Shown here piece after piece: positions 11,801 to 26,800 of a DNA stretch of 64,000 nt. The stretch's first letter is position 1. Each line of letters starts with the position of its first letter. Position numbers and translations under genes: made by a program. The DNA comes from the human T2T-CHM13v2.0 reference genome, Homo sapiens. The notes under the pieces are model-generated. The model was not told the DNA's origin. It searched no databases and saw nothing but the letters and a program-made list of their open reading frames with translations. The stretch lies in assembly GCF_009914755.1 (NCBI RefSeq), contig NC_060927.1; one strand, given 5' to 3'.

Positions 11801-14800
11801 AAGGAAGGTTCAACTCTGTGAGTTGAATACACACACACAAAGAAGCTACTGAGAATTCTTTTGTCAAGAATTACAAGAAGAAATCCCGTTTCCAACGAAG
11901 GCCTCAAAGAGTTCCAAATATCCACTTGCACACTGCTCAAACTAAGTCTTTCCAAACTGCTCTATGCAAAGAAATGTTCAACTCTGTGAGTTTAATACGC
12001 ACATCACAAAGCAGTTTCTGAGAATGATACTGTCTAGTTTTTATACGAAGATATTTCCTTTTGTACCATTGGCCTCATACTGCTAGAATTTTCCACTTGC
12101 AAATTCCACAAAAAGAGTGTTTCCAATCCGCTCTGTCTAAAGGAAGGTTCAACTCTCTGATTTGAATACATACATCCCAAAAGAAGTTCCTGAGAATTCT
12201 TCTGTCTAGCATTATGTGAAGAAATCCCGTTTCCAACGAAAGCCTCAAAGAGGTCCAAATATCCAGTTGCAGAATTTACAAACTGACTGTTTCCAAACTC
12301 ATCTATGAAAAGAAAGGTTAAACTCTGGGAGTTGAATGCACATATCACAAAGTAGTTCCTGAGAATGATTCTGTCTAGTTTTCATACGAAGATATTTCCT
12401 TTTCCACCAATGGCCTCAAAGTGCTTGAAATCTCCCCTTGCAAATTCCACAGACAAGTGTTTCAAATCTGCACTGTCTAAAGGAAGGTTCAACCCTGTGA
12501 GTTGAATACACACACACAGAAAAAAATTCACTGAGAATTCTATTGTCTATCATTACACGAAGAAATCCCGTTTACTACGAAGGCCTCAAAGAGGTCCAAA
12601 TATCCAGCTGCAGACATTACAAACTGAGTGTTTCCAAAGTGCTCTATGAAAAGAAGTGTTAAACACTGTGAGTTCAATGCACACATCCCAAAGCAGTTTC
12701 TGAGAATGATTCCGTCTATTTTTTCTACGAAGATATTTCCTTTTCTGCCGTTGGCCTCAAAGCGCTTGAAATCTCCACTTGCAAATTCCACAAAAAGAGA
12801 GTTTCAAATCTGCTCTGTCTAAAGGAAGGTTCAACTCTGTGAGTTGAATACACACCACAAAAAGAAGTTACTGAGAATTCTTCTGTCTAGCATTATATGA
12901 AAAATCCCGTTTCCAACGAAGGCCACAAAGAGGTCCAAATATCCACTTGCAGATTCTGCAAAAAGAGTGTTTCCAAACTGCTCTATGAAAAGAAACGTTA
13001 AACTCTGTGAGTTGAACGCAAACATCACAAAGTAGTTTCTGAGAATGACTCCGTCTAGTTTTTATACGAAGATATTTCCTTTCCTACCATTCACTTCAAA
13101 GCGCTTGAAGTCTCCCCCTGAAAATTCCACAAAAAGTGTTTCCAATCTGCTCCGCCTAAAGGAAGCTTCAACTCTGTGACTTGAATACCCACAACCCAAA
13201 GAAGTTACTGAGAATTCTTCTGTCTAGCATTATATGAAGAAATCCCGTTTCCAACGAAGGCCTCAAATACATCCAAATATCCAGTTGCTGACTTTACAAA
13301 CTGAGTGTTTCCAAACTGCTCTATGAAAAGAAAGGTTAAACACTGTGAGTTGAACACACACGTACCAAAGTAGTTTCTGAGAATGATTCTGTCTAGTTTG
13401 CATACGAAGATATTTCCTTTTCTACCATTGGCCTCAAAGCTCTGAAATCTCCACTTGCAAATTCCACAAAAAGAGAGTTTCAAATCTGCTGTTTCTAAAG
13501 GAAAGTTCAACTCTGAGAGTTGAATACACACCAGAAAAAGCAGTTACTGAGAAGTCTTCTGTCTAGCATTATATGAAGAAATCCCATTTCCAACGAAGAC
13601 TTCAAAGAGGTCCAAATATCCACTTGCAGATTCTGCAAAAAGAGTGTTTCGAAACAACTCTATGAAAAGAAAGGTTAAACACTGTGAGTTGAACGCACAC
13701 ATTGCAAAGCAGTTTCTGAGAATGATTCCGTCTAATTATTATACGAAGGTATTTCCTTTTCTATCATTGGCCTCAAAGCGCTTGATACCTCCACCTGAAA
13801 ATTCCACAAAAAGAGTGTTTCCAATCTACTCTGTCTAAAGGAACGTTCAACTCTGTGAGTTGAATACACACACACTAAAAGAATTCACTGAGAATTCTTC
13901 TGTCTGGCATTACATGAAGAAATCCCGTTTCCAACGAAGGCCTCAAAGAGGTCCAAATATCCACTTGCAGATTCTGCAAAAAGAGTGTTTCAAAACCGCT
14001 CCATTAAAAGGAATGTTGAACTCTGTGAGTTGAATGCAAACATCACAACTCAGTTGCTGAGAATGCTTCTGACTAGATTTTATGGTAAGATATTTCCTTT
14101 TCTACCGTAGGCTTCAATGCCCTCTAAATACACCCTTGCAAATTCTACAAAGAGACTGTTTCATAACTGCTCTATAGGAAGAAAGGTTCAACTCTGTGAG
14201 TTGAATGCAGAGATCACAACGTGGTTTCTGCGAATGATTCTTTGTAGTTTTTACATGAAGATATTTCGTTGTCAACCGTAGGCTTCAAAGCACTCAAAGT
14301 ATTCACTTGGAACTTTTACAAAAAGAGTGTTACAAAACTGCTCTTTCCAAAGTAAGGTTCAACTCTGTGAGTTGAATGCACACATAACAATCAAGAAGTT
14401 TCTGAGAATTCTTCTGTCCTGGTTTATATGAAGAAATCCCGTTTCCAACGAAGGCCTCAAAGACGTTTAAATATCCACTTGCAGACTTCACAAACAGAGG
14501 GTTTCCAAACTGCTCTATGAAAAGAAAGGTTAAACTCTGTGAGTTGAACGCACACATCACAAAGTAGCTTCTGAGAATGATACTGTCTAGTTTTTATACG
14601 AAGATATTTCCTTTCTACCATTGGCGTCAAAGCGCTAGAATTCTCCACTTGCAAATTCCACAAAAAGAGTGTTTCCAATCTGCTCTGTCTAAAGGAAGGT
14701 TCAACTCTGTGAGTTGAATACACACACACAAAGAAGCTACTGAGAATTCTTTTGTCAAGAATTACAAGAAGAAATCCCGTTTCCAACGAAGGCCTCAAAG

Positions 14801-17800
14801 AGTTCCAAATATCCACTTGCACACTGCACAAACTAAGTCTTTCCAAACTGCTCTATGCAAAGAAATGTTCAACTCTGTGAGTTTAATACGCACATCACAA
14901 AGCAGTTTCTGAGAATGATACTGTCTAGTTTTTATACGAAGATATTTCCTTTTGTACCATTGGCCTCATACTGCTAGAATTTTCCACTTGCAAATTCCAC
15001 AAAAAGAGTGTTTCCAATCCGCTCTGTCTAAAGGAAGGTTCAACTCTCTGATTTGAATACATACATCCCAAAAGAAGTTCCTGAGAATTCTTCTGTCTAG
15101 CATTATGTGAAGAAATCCCGTTTCCAACGAAAGCCTCAAAGAGGTCCAAATATCCAGTTGCAGAATTTACAAACTGACTGTTTCCAAACTCATCTATGAA
15201 AAGAAAGGTTAAACTCTGGGAGTTGAATGCACATATCACAAAGTAGTTCCTGAGAATGATTCTGTCTAGTTTTCATACGAAGATATTTCCTTTTCCACCA
15301 ATGGCCTCAAAGTGCTTGAAATCTCCCCTTGCAAATTCCACAGACAAGTGTTTCAAATCTGCACTGTCTAAAGGAAGGTTCAACCCTGTGAGTTGAATAC
15401 ACACACACAGAAAAAAATTCACTGAGAATTCTATTGTCTATCATTACACGAAGAAATCCCGTTTACTACGAAGGCCTCAAAGAGGTCCAAATATCCAGCT
15501 GCAGACATTACAAACTGAGTGTTTCCAAAGTGCTCTATGAAAAGAAGTGTTAAACACTGTGAGTTCAATGCACACATCCCAAAGCAGTTTCTGAGAATGA
15601 TTCCGTCTATTTTTTCTACGAAGATATTTCCTTTTCTGCCGTTGGCCTCAAAGCGCTTGAAATCTCCACTTGCAAATTCCACAAAAAGAGAGTTTCAAAT
15701 CTGCTCTGTCTAAAGGAAGGTTCAACTCTGTGAGTTGAATACACACCACAAAAAGAAGTTACTGAGAATTCTTCTGTCTAGCATTATATGAAAAATCCCG
15801 TTTCCAACGAAGGCCACAAAGAGGTCCAAATATCCACTTGCAGATTCTGCAAAAAGAGTGTTTCCAAACTGCTCTATGAAAAGAAACGTTAAACTCTGTG
15901 AGTTGAACGCAAACATCACAAAGTAGTTTCTGAGAATGACTCCGTCTAGTTTTTATACGAAGATATTTCCTTTCCTACCATTCACTTCAAAGCGCTTGAA
16001 GTCTCCCCCTGAAAATTCCACAAAAAGTGTTTCCAATCTGCTCCGCCTAAAGGAAGCTTCAACTCTGTGACTTGAATACCCACAACCCAAAGAAGTTACT
16101 GAGAATTCTTCTGTCTAGCATTATATGAAGAAATCCCGTTTCCAACGAAGGCCTCAAATACATCCAAATATCCAGTTGCTGACTTTACAAACTGAGTGTT
16201 TCCAAACTGCTCTATGAAAAGAAAGGTTAAACACTGTGAGTTGAACACACACGTACCAAAGTAGTTTCTGAGAATGATTCTGTCTAGTTTGCATACGAAG
16301 ATATTTCCTTTTCTACCATTGGCCTCAAAGCTCTGAAATCTCCACTTGCAAATTCCACAAAAAGAGAGTTTCAAATCTGCTGTTTCTAAAGGAAAGTTCA
16401 ACTCTGAGAGTTGAATACACACCAGAAAAAGCAGTTACTGAGAAGTCTTCTGTCTAGCATTATATGAAGAAATCCCATTTCCAACGAAGACTTCAAAGAG
16501 GTCCAAATATCCACTTGCAGATTCTGCAAAAAGAGTGTTTCGAAACAACTCTATGAAAAGAAAGGTTAAACACTGTGAGTTGAACGCACACATTGCAAAG
16601 CAGTTTCTGAGAATGATTCCGTCTAATTATTATACGAAGGTATTTCCTTTTCTATCATTGGCCTCAAAGCGCTTGATACCTCCACCTGAAAATTCCACAA
16701 AAAGAGTGTTTCCAATCTACTCTGTCTAAAGGAACGTTCAACTCTGTGAGTTGAATACACACACACTAAAAGAATTCACTGAGAATTCTTCTGTCTGGCA
16801 TTACATGAAGAAATCCCGTTTCCAACGAAGGCCTCAAAGAGGTCCAAATATCCACTTGCAGATTCTGCAAAAAGAGTGTTTCAAAACCGCTCCATTAAAA
16901 GGAATGTTGAACTCTGTGAGTTGAATGCAAACATCACAACTCAGTTGCTGAGAATGCTTCTGACTAGATTTTATGGTAAGATATTTCCTTTTCTACCGTA
17001 GGCTTCAATGCCCTCTAAATACACCCTTGCAAATTCTACAAAGAGACTGTTTCATAACTGCTCTATAGGAAGAAAGGTTCAACTCTGTGAGTTGAATGCA
17101 GAGATCACAACGTGGTTTCTGCGAATGATTCTTTGTAGTTTTTACATGAAGATATTTCGTTGTCAACCGTAGGCTTCAAAGCACTCAAAGTATTCACTTG
17201 GAACTTTTACAAAAAGAGTGTTAGAAAACTGCTCTTTCCAAAGTAAGGTTCAACTCTGTGAGTTGAATGCACACATAACAATCAAGAAGTTTCTGAGAAT
17301 TCTTCTGTCCTGGTTTATATGAAGAAATCCCGTTTCCAACGAAGGCCTCAAAGACGTTTAAATATCCACTTGCAGACTTCACAAACAGAGGGTTTCCAAA
17401 CTGCTCTATGAAAAGAAAGGTTAAACTCTGTGAGTTGAACGCACACATCACAAAGTAGCTTCTGAGAATGATACTGTCTAGTTTTTATACGAAGATATTT
17501 CCTTTCTACCATTGGCGTCAAAGCGCTAGAATTCTCCACTTGCAAATTCCACAAAAAGAGTGTTTCCAATCTGCTCTGTCTAAAGGAAGGTTCAACTCTG
17601 TGAGTTGAATACACACACACAAAGAAGCTACTGAGAATTCTTTTGTCAAGAATTACAAGAAGAAATCCCGTTTCCAACGAAGGCCTCAAAGAGTTCCAAA
17701 TATCCACTTGCACACTGCACAAACTAAGTCTTTCCAAACTGCTCTATGCAAAGAAATGTTCAACTCTGTGAGTTTAATACGCACATCACAAAGCAGTTTC

Positions 17801-20800
17801 TGAGAATGATACTGTCTAGTTTTTATACGAAGATATTTCCTTTTGTACCATTGGCCTCATACTGCTAGAATTTTCCACTTGCAAATTCCACAAAAAGAGT
17901 GTTTCCAATCCGCTCTGTCTAAAGGAAGGTTCAACTCTCTGATTTGAATACATACATCCCAAAAGAAGTTCCTGAGAATTCTTCTGTCTAGCATTATGTG
18001 AAGAAATCCCGTTTCCAACGAAAGCCTCAAAGAGGTCCAAATATCCAGTTGCAGAATTTACAAACTGACTGTTTCCAAACTCATCTATGAAAAGAAAGGT
18101 TAAACTCTGGGAGTTGAATGCACATATCACAAAGTAGTTCCTGAGAATGATTCTGTCTAGTTTTCATACGAAGATATTTCCTTTTCCACCAATGGCCTCA
18201 AAGTGCTTGAAATCTCCCCTTGCAAATTCCACAGACAAGTGTTTCAAATCTGCACTGTCTAAAGGAAGGTTCAACCCTGTGAGTTGAATACACACACACA
18301 GAAAAAAATTCACTGAGAATTCTATTGTCTATCATTACACGAAGAAATCCCGTTTACTACGAAGGCCTCAAAGAGGTCCAAATATCCAGCTGCAGACATT
18401 ACAAACTGAGTGTTTCCAAAGTGCTCTATGAAAAGAAGTGTTAAACACTGTGAGTTCAATGCACACATCCCAAAGCAGTTTCTGAGAATGATTCCGTCTA
18501 TTTTTTCTACGAAGATATTTCCTTTTCTGCCGTTGGCCTCAAAGCGCTTGAAATCTCCACTTGCAAATTCCACAAAAAGAGAGTTTCAAATCTGCTCTGT
18601 CTAAAGGAAGGTTCAACTCTGTGAGTTGAATACACACCACAAAAAGAAGTTACTGAGAATTCTTCTGTCTAGCATTATATGAAAAATCCCGTTTCCAACG
18701 AAGGCCACAAAGAGGTCCAAATATCCACTTGCAGATTCTGCAAAAAGAGTGTTTCCAAACTGCTCTATGAAAAGAAACGTTAAACTCTGTGAGTTGAACG
18801 CAAACATCACAAAGTAGTTTCTGAGAATGACTCCGTCTAGTTTTTATACGAAGATATTTCCTTTCCTACCATTCACTTCAAAGCGCTTGAAGTCTCCCCC
18901 TGAAAATTCCACAAAAAGTGTTTCCAATCTGCTCTGCCTAAAGGAAGCTTCAACTCTGTGACTTGAATACCCACAACCCAAAGAAGTTACTGAGAATTCT
19001 TCTGTCTAGCATTATATGAAGAAATCCCGTTTCCAACGAAGGCCTCAAATACATCCAAATATCCAGTTGCTGACTTTACAAACTGAGTGTTTCCAAACTG
19101 CTCTATGAAAAGAAAGGTTAAACACTGTGAGTTGAACACACACGTACCAAAGTAGTTTCTGAGAATGATTCTGTCTAGTTTGCATACGAAGATATTTCCT
19201 TTTCTACCATTGGCCTCAAAGCTCTGAAATCTCCACTTGCAAATTCCACAAAAAGAGAGTTTCAAATCTGCTGTTTCTAAAGGAAAGTTCAACTCTGAGA
19301 GTTGAATACACACCAGAAAAAGCAGTTACTGAGAAGTCTTCTGTCTAGCATTATATGAAGAAATCCCATTTCCAACGAAGACTTCAAAGAGGTCCAAATA
19401 TCCACTTGCAGATTCTGCAAAAAGAGTGTTTCGAAACAACTGTATGAAAAGAAAGGTTAAACACTGTGAGTTGAACGCACACATTGCAAAGCAGTTTCTG
19501 AGAATGATTCCGTCTAATTATTATACGAAGGTATTTCCTTTTCTATCATTGGCCTCAAAGCGCTTGATACCTCCACCTGAAAATTCCACAAAAAGAGTGT
19601 TTCCAATCTACTCTGTCTAAAGGAACGTTCAACTCTGTGAGTTGAATACACACACACAGAAAGAATTCACTGAGAATTCTTCTGTCTGGCATTACATGAA
19701 GAAATCCCGTTTCCAACGAAGGCCTCAAAGAGGTCCAAATATCCACTTGCAGATTCTGCAAAAAGAGTGTTTCAAAACCGCTCCATTAAAAGGAATGTTG
19801 AACTCTGTGAGTTGAATGCAAACATCACAACTCAGTTGCTGAGAATGCTTCTGACTAGATTTTATGGTAAGATATTTCCTTTTCTACCGTAGGCTTCAAT
19901 GCCCTCTAAATACACCCTTGCAAATTCTACAAAGAGACTGTTTCATAACTGCTCTATAGGAAGAAAGGTTCAACTCTGTGAGTTGAATGCAGAGATCACA
20001 ACGTGGTTTCTGCGAATGATTCTTTGTAGTTTTTACATGAAGATATTTCGTTGTCAACCGTAGGCTTCAAAGCACTCAAAGTATTCACTTGGAACTTTTA
20101 CAAAAAGAGTGTTAGAAAACTGCTCTTTCCAAAGTAAGGTTCAACTCTGTGAGTTGAATGCACACATAACAATCAAGAAGTTTCTGAGAATTCTTCTGTC
20201 CTGGTTTATATGAAGAAATCCCGTTTCCAACGAAGGCCTCAAAGACGTTTAAATATCCACTTGCAGACTTCACAAACAGAGGGTTTCCAAACTGCTCTAT
20301 GAAAAGAAAGGTTAAACTCTGTGAGTTGAACGCACACATCACAAAGTAGCTTCTGAGAATGATACTGTCTAGTTTTTATACGAAGATATTTCCTTTCTAC
20401 CATTGGCGTCAAAGCGCTAGAATTCTCCACTTGCAAATTCCACAAAAAGAGTGTTTCCAATCTGCTCTGTCTAAAGGAAGGTTCAACTCTGTGAGTTGAA
20501 TACACACACACAAAGAAGCTACTGAGAATTCTTTTGTCAAGAATTACAAGAAGAAATCCCGTTTCCAACGAAGGCCTCAAAGAGTTCCAAATATCCACTT
20601 GCACACTGCACAAACTAAGTCTTTCCAAACTGCTCTATGCAAAGAAATGTTCAACTCTGTGAGTTTAATACGCACATCACAAAGCAGTTTCTGAGAATGA
20701 TACTGTCTAGTTTTTATACGAAGATATTTCCTTTTGTACCATTGGCCTCATACTGCTAGAATTTTCCACTTGCAAATTCCACAAAAAGAGTGTTTCCAAT

Positions 20801-23800
20801 CCGCTCTGTCTAAAGGAAGGTTCAACTCTCTGATTTGAATACATACATCCCAAAAGAAGTTCCTGAGAATTCTTCTGTCTAGCATTATGTGAAGAAATCC
20901 CGTTTCCAACGAAAGCCTCAAAGAGGTCCAAATATCCAGTTGCAGAATTTACAAACTGACTGTTTCCAAACTCATCTATGAAAAGAAAGGTTAAACTCTG
21001 GGAGTTGAATGCACATATCACAAAGTAGTTCCTGAGAATGATTCTGTCTAGTTTTCATACGAAGATATTTCCTTTTCCACCAATGGCCTCAAAGTGCTTG
21101 AAATCTCCCCTTGCAAATTCCACAGACAAGTGTTTCAAATCTGCACTGTCTAAAGGAAGGTTCAACCCTGTGAGTTGAATACACACACACAGAAAAAAAT
21201 TCACTGAGAATTCTATTGTCTATCATTACACGAAGAAATCCCGTTTACTACGAAGGCCTCAAAGAGGTCCAAATATCCAGCTGCAGACATTACAAACTGA
21301 GTGTTTCCAAAGTGCTCTATGAAAAGAAGTGTTAAACACTGTGAGTTCAATGCACACATCCCAAAGCAGTTTCTGAGAATGATTCCGTCTATTTTTTCTA
21401 CGAAGATATTTCCTTTTCTGCCGTTGGCCTCAAAGCGCTTGAAATCTCCACTTGCAAATTCCACAAAAAGAGAGTTTCAAATCTGCTCTGTCTAAAGGAA
21501 GGTTCAACTCTGTGAGTTGAATACACACCACAAAAAGAAGTTACTGAGAATTCTTCTGTCTAGCATTATATGAAAAATCCCGTTTCCAACGAAGGCCACA
21601 AAGAGGTCCAAATATCCACTTGCAGATTCTGCAAAAAGAGTGTTTCCAAACTGCTCTATGAAAAGAAACGTTAAACTCTGTGAGTTGAACGCAAACATCA
21701 CAAAGTAGTTTCTGAGAATGACTCCGTCTAGTTTTTATACGAAGATATTTCCTTTCCTACCATTCACTTCAAAGCGCTTGAAGTCTCCCCCTGAAAATTC
21801 CACAAAAAGTGTTTCCAATCTGCTCTGCCTAAAGGAAGCTTCAACTCTGTGACTTGAATACCCACAACCCAAAGAAGTTACTGAGAATTCTTCTGTCTAG
21901 CATTATATGAAGAAATCCCGTTTCCAACGAAGGCCTCAAATACATCCAAATATCCAGTTGCTGACTTTACAAACTGAGTGTTTCCAAACTGCTCTATGAA
22001 AAGAAAGGTTAAACACTGTGAGTTGAACACACACGTACCAAAGTAGTTTCTGAGAATGATTCTGTCTAGTTTGCATACGAAGATATTTCCTTTTCTACCA
22101 TTGGCCTCAAAGCTCTGAAATCTCCACTTGCAAATTCCACAAAAAGAGAGTTTCAAATCTGCTGTTTCTAAAGGAAAGTTCAACTCTGAGAGTTGAATAC
22201 ACACCAGAAAAAGCAGTTACTGAGAAGTCTTCTGTCTAGCATTATATGAAGAAATCCCATTTCCAACGAAGACTTCAAAGAGGTCCAAATATCCACTTGC
22301 AGATTCTGCAAAAAGAGTGTTTCGAAACAACTGTATGAAAAGAAAGGTTAAACACTGTGAGTTGAACGCACACATTGCAAAGCAGTTTCTGAGAATGATT
22401 CCGTCTAATTATTATACGAAGGTATTTCCTTTTCTATCATTGGCCTCAAAGCGCTTGATACCTCCACCTGAAAATTCCACAAAAAGAGTGTTTCCAATCT
22501 ACTCTGTCTAAAGGAACGTTCAACTCTGTGAGTTGAATACACACACACAGAAAGAATTCACTGAGAATTCTTCTGTCTGGCATTACATGAAGAAATCCCG
22601 TTTCCAACGAAGGCCTCAAAGAGGTCCAAATATCCACTTGCAGATTCTGCAAAAAGAGTGTTTCAAAACCGCTCCATTAAAAGGAATGTTGAACTCTGTG
22701 AGTTGAATGCAAACATCACAACTCAGTTGCTGAGAATGCTTCTGACTAGATTTTATGGTAAGATATTTCCTTTTCTACCGTAGGCTTCAATGCCCTCTAA
22801 ATACACCCTTGCAAATTCTACAAAGAGACTGTTTCATAACTGCTCTATAGGAAGAAAGGTTCAACTCTGTGAGTTGAATGCAGAGATCACAACGTGGTTT
22901 CTGCGAATGATTCTTTGTAGTTTTTACACGAAGATATTTCGTTGTCAACCGTAGGCTTCAAAGCACTCAAAGTATTCACTTGGAACTTTTACAAAAAGAG
23001 TGTTAGAAAACTGCTCTTTCCAAAGTAAGGTTCAACTCTGTGAGTTGAATGCACACATAACAATCAAGAAGTTTCTGAGAATTCTTCTGTCCTGGTTTAT
23101 ATGAAGAAATCCCGTTTCCAACGAAGGCCTCAAAGACGTTTAAATATCCACTTGCAGACTTCACAAACAGAGGGTTTCCAAACTGCTCTATGAAAAGAAA
23201 GGTTAAACTCTGTGAGTTGAACGCACACATCACAAAGTAGCTTCTGAGAATGATACTGTCTAGTTTTTATACGAAGATATTTCCTTTCTACCATTGGCGT
23301 CAAAGCGCTAGAATTCTCCACTTGCAAATTCCACAAAAAGAGTGTTTCCAATCTGCTCTGTCTAAAGGAAGGTTCAACTCTGTGAGTTGAATACACACAC
23401 ACAAAGAAGCTACTGAGAATTCTTTTGTCAAGAATTACAAGAAGAAATCCCGTTTCCAACGAAGGCCTCAAAGAGTTCCAAATATCCACTTGCACACTGC
23501 ACAAACTAAGTCTTTCCAAACTGCTCTATGCAAAGAAATGTTCAACTCTGTGAGTTTAATATGCACATCACAAAGCAGTTTCTGAGAATGATACTGTCTA
23601 GTTTTTATACGAAGATATTTCCTTTTGTACCATTGGCCTCATACTGCTAGAATTTTCCACTTGCAAATTCCACAAAAAGAGTGTTTCCAATCCGCTCTGT
23701 CTAAAGGAAGGTTCAACTCTCTGATTTGAATACATACATCCCAAAAGAAGTTCCTGAGAATTCTTCTGTCTAGCATTATGTGAAGAAATCCCGTTTCCAA

Positions 23801-26800
23801 CGAAAGCCTCAAAGAGGTCCAAATATCCAGTTGCAGAATTTACAAACTGACTGTTTCCAAACTCATCTATGAAAAGAAAGGTTAAACTCTGGGAGTTGAA
23901 TGCACATATCACAAAGTAGTTCCTGAGAATGATTCTGTCTAGTTTTCATACGAAGATATTTCCTTTTCCACCAATGGCCTCAAAGTGCTTGAAATCTCCC
24001 CTTGCAAATTCCACAGACAAGTGTTTCAAATCTGCACTGTCTAAAGGAAGGTTCAACCCTGTGAGTTGAATACACACACACAGAAAAAAATTCACTGAGA
24101 ATTCTATTGTCTATCATTACACGAAGAAATCCCGTTTACTACGAAGGCCTCAAAGAGGTCCAAATATCCAGCTGCAGACATTACAAACTGAGTGTTTCCA
24201 AAGTGCTCTATGAAAAGAAGTGTTAAACACTGTGAGTTCAATGCACACATCCCAAAGCAGTTTCTGAGAATGATTCCGTCTATTTTTTCTACGAAGATAT
24301 TTCCTTTTCTGCCGTTGGCCTCAAAGCGCTTGAAATCTCCACTTGCAAATTCCACAAAAAGAGAGTTTCAAATCTGCTCTGTCTAAAGGAAGGTTCAACT
24401 CTGTGAGTTGAATACACACCACAAAAAGAAGTTACTGAGAATTCTTCTGTCTAGCATTATATGAAAAATCCCGTTTCCAACGAAGGCCACAAAGAGGTCC
24501 AAATATCCACTTGCAGATTCTGCAAAAAGAGTGTTTCCAAACTGCTCTATGAAAAGAAACGTTAAACTCTGTGAGTTGAACGCAAACATCACAAAGTAGT
24601 TTCTGAGAATGACTCCGTCTAGTTTTTATACGAAGATATTTCCTTTCCTACCATTCACTTCAAAGCGCTTGAAGTCTCCCCCTGAAAATTCCACAAAAAG
24701 TGTTTCCAATCTGCTCCGCCTAAAGGAAGCTTCAACTCTGTGACTTGAATACCCACAACCCAAAGAAGTTACTGAGAATTCTTCTGTCTAGCATTATATG
24801 AAGAAATCCCGTTTCCAACGAAGGCCTCAAATACATCCAAATATCCAGTTGCTGACTTTACAAACTGAGTGTTTCCAAACTGCTCTATGAAAAGAAAGGT
24901 TAAACACTGTGAGTTGAACACACACGTACCAAAGTAGTTTCTGAGAATGATTCTGTCTAGTTTGCATACGAAGATATTTCCTTTTCTACCATTGGCCTCA
25001 AAGCTCTGAAATCTCCACTTGCAAATTCCACAAAAAGAGAGTTTCAAATCTGCTGTTTCTAAAGGAAAGTTCAACTCTGAGAGTTGAATACACACCAGAA
25101 AAAGCAGTTACTGAGAAGTCTTCTGTCTAGCATTATATGAAGAAATCCCATTTCCAACGAAGACTTCAAAGAGGTCCAAATATCCACTTGCAGATTCTGC
25201 AAAAAGAGTGTTTCGAAACAACTGTATGAAAAGAAAGGTTAAACACTGTGAGTTGAACGCACACATTGCAAAGCAGTTTCTGAGAATGATTCCGTCTAAT
25301 TATTATACGAAGGTATTTCCTTTTCTATCATTGGCCTCAAAGCGCTTGATACCTCCACCTGAAAATTCCACAAAAAGAGTGTTTCCAATCTACTCTGTCT
25401 AAAGGAACGTTCAACTCTGTGAGTTGAATACACACACACAGAAAGAATTCACTGAGAATTCTTCTGTCTGGCATTACATGAAGAAATCCCGTTTCCAACG
25501 AAGGCCTCAAAGAGGTCCAAATATCCACTTGCAGATTCTGCAAAAAGAGTGTTTCAAAACCGCTCCATTAAAAGGAATGTTGAACTCTGTGAGTTGAATG
25601 CAAACATCACAACTCAGTTGCTGAGAATGCTTCTGACTAGATTTTATGGTAAGATATTTCCTTTTCTACCGTAGGCTTCAATGCCCTCTAAATACACCCT
25701 TGCAAATTCTACAAAGAGACTGTTTCATAACTGCTCTATAGGAAGAAAGGTTCAACTCTGTGAGTTGAATGCAGAGATCACAACGTGGTTTCTGCGAATG
25801 ATTCTTTGTAGTTTTTACATGAAGATATTTCGTTGTCAACCGTAGGCTTCAAAGCACTCAAAGTATTCACTTGGAACTTTTACAAAAAGAGTGTTAGAAA
25901 ACTGCTCTTTCCAAAGTAAGGTTCAACTCTGTGAGTTGAATGCACACATAACAATCAAGAAGTTTCTGAGAATTCTTCTGTCCTGGTTTATATGAAGAAA
26001 TCCCGTTTCCAACGAAGGCCTCAAAGACGTTTAAATATCCACTTGCAGACTTCACAAACAGAGGGTTTCCAAACTGCTCTATGAAAAGAAAGGTTAAACT
26101 CTGTGAGTTGAACGCACACATCACAAAGTAGCTTCTGAGAATGATACTGTCTAGTTTTTATACGAAGATATTTCCTTTCTACCATTGGCGTCAAAGCGCT
26201 AGAATTCTCCACTTGCAAATTCCACAAAAAGAGTGTTTCCAATCTGCTCTGTCTAAAGGAAGGTTCAACTCTGTGAGTTGAATACACACACACAAAGAAG
26301 CTACTGAGAATTCTTTTCTCAAGAATTACAAGAAGAAATCCCGTTTCCAACGAAGGCCTCAAAGAGTTCCAAATATCCACTTGCACACTGCACAAACTAA
26401 GTCTTTCCAAACTGCTCTATGCAAAGAAATGTTCAACTCTGTGAGTTTAATACGCACATCACAAAGCAGTTTCTGAGAATGATACTGTCTAGTTTTTATA
26501 CGAAGATATTTCCTTTTGTACCATTGGCCTCATACTGCTAGAATTTTCCACTTGCAAATTCCACAAAAAGAGTGTTTCCAATCCGCTCTGTCTAAAGGAA
26601 GGTTCAACTCTCTGATTTGAATACATACATCCCAAAAGAAGTTCCTGAGAATTCTTCTGTCTAGCATTATGTGAAGAAATCCCGTTTCCAACGAAAGCCT
26701 CAAAGAGGTCCAAATATCCAGTTGCAGAATTTACAAACTGACTGTTTCCAAACTCATCTATGAAAAGAAAGGTTAAACTCTGGGAGTTGAATGCACATAT

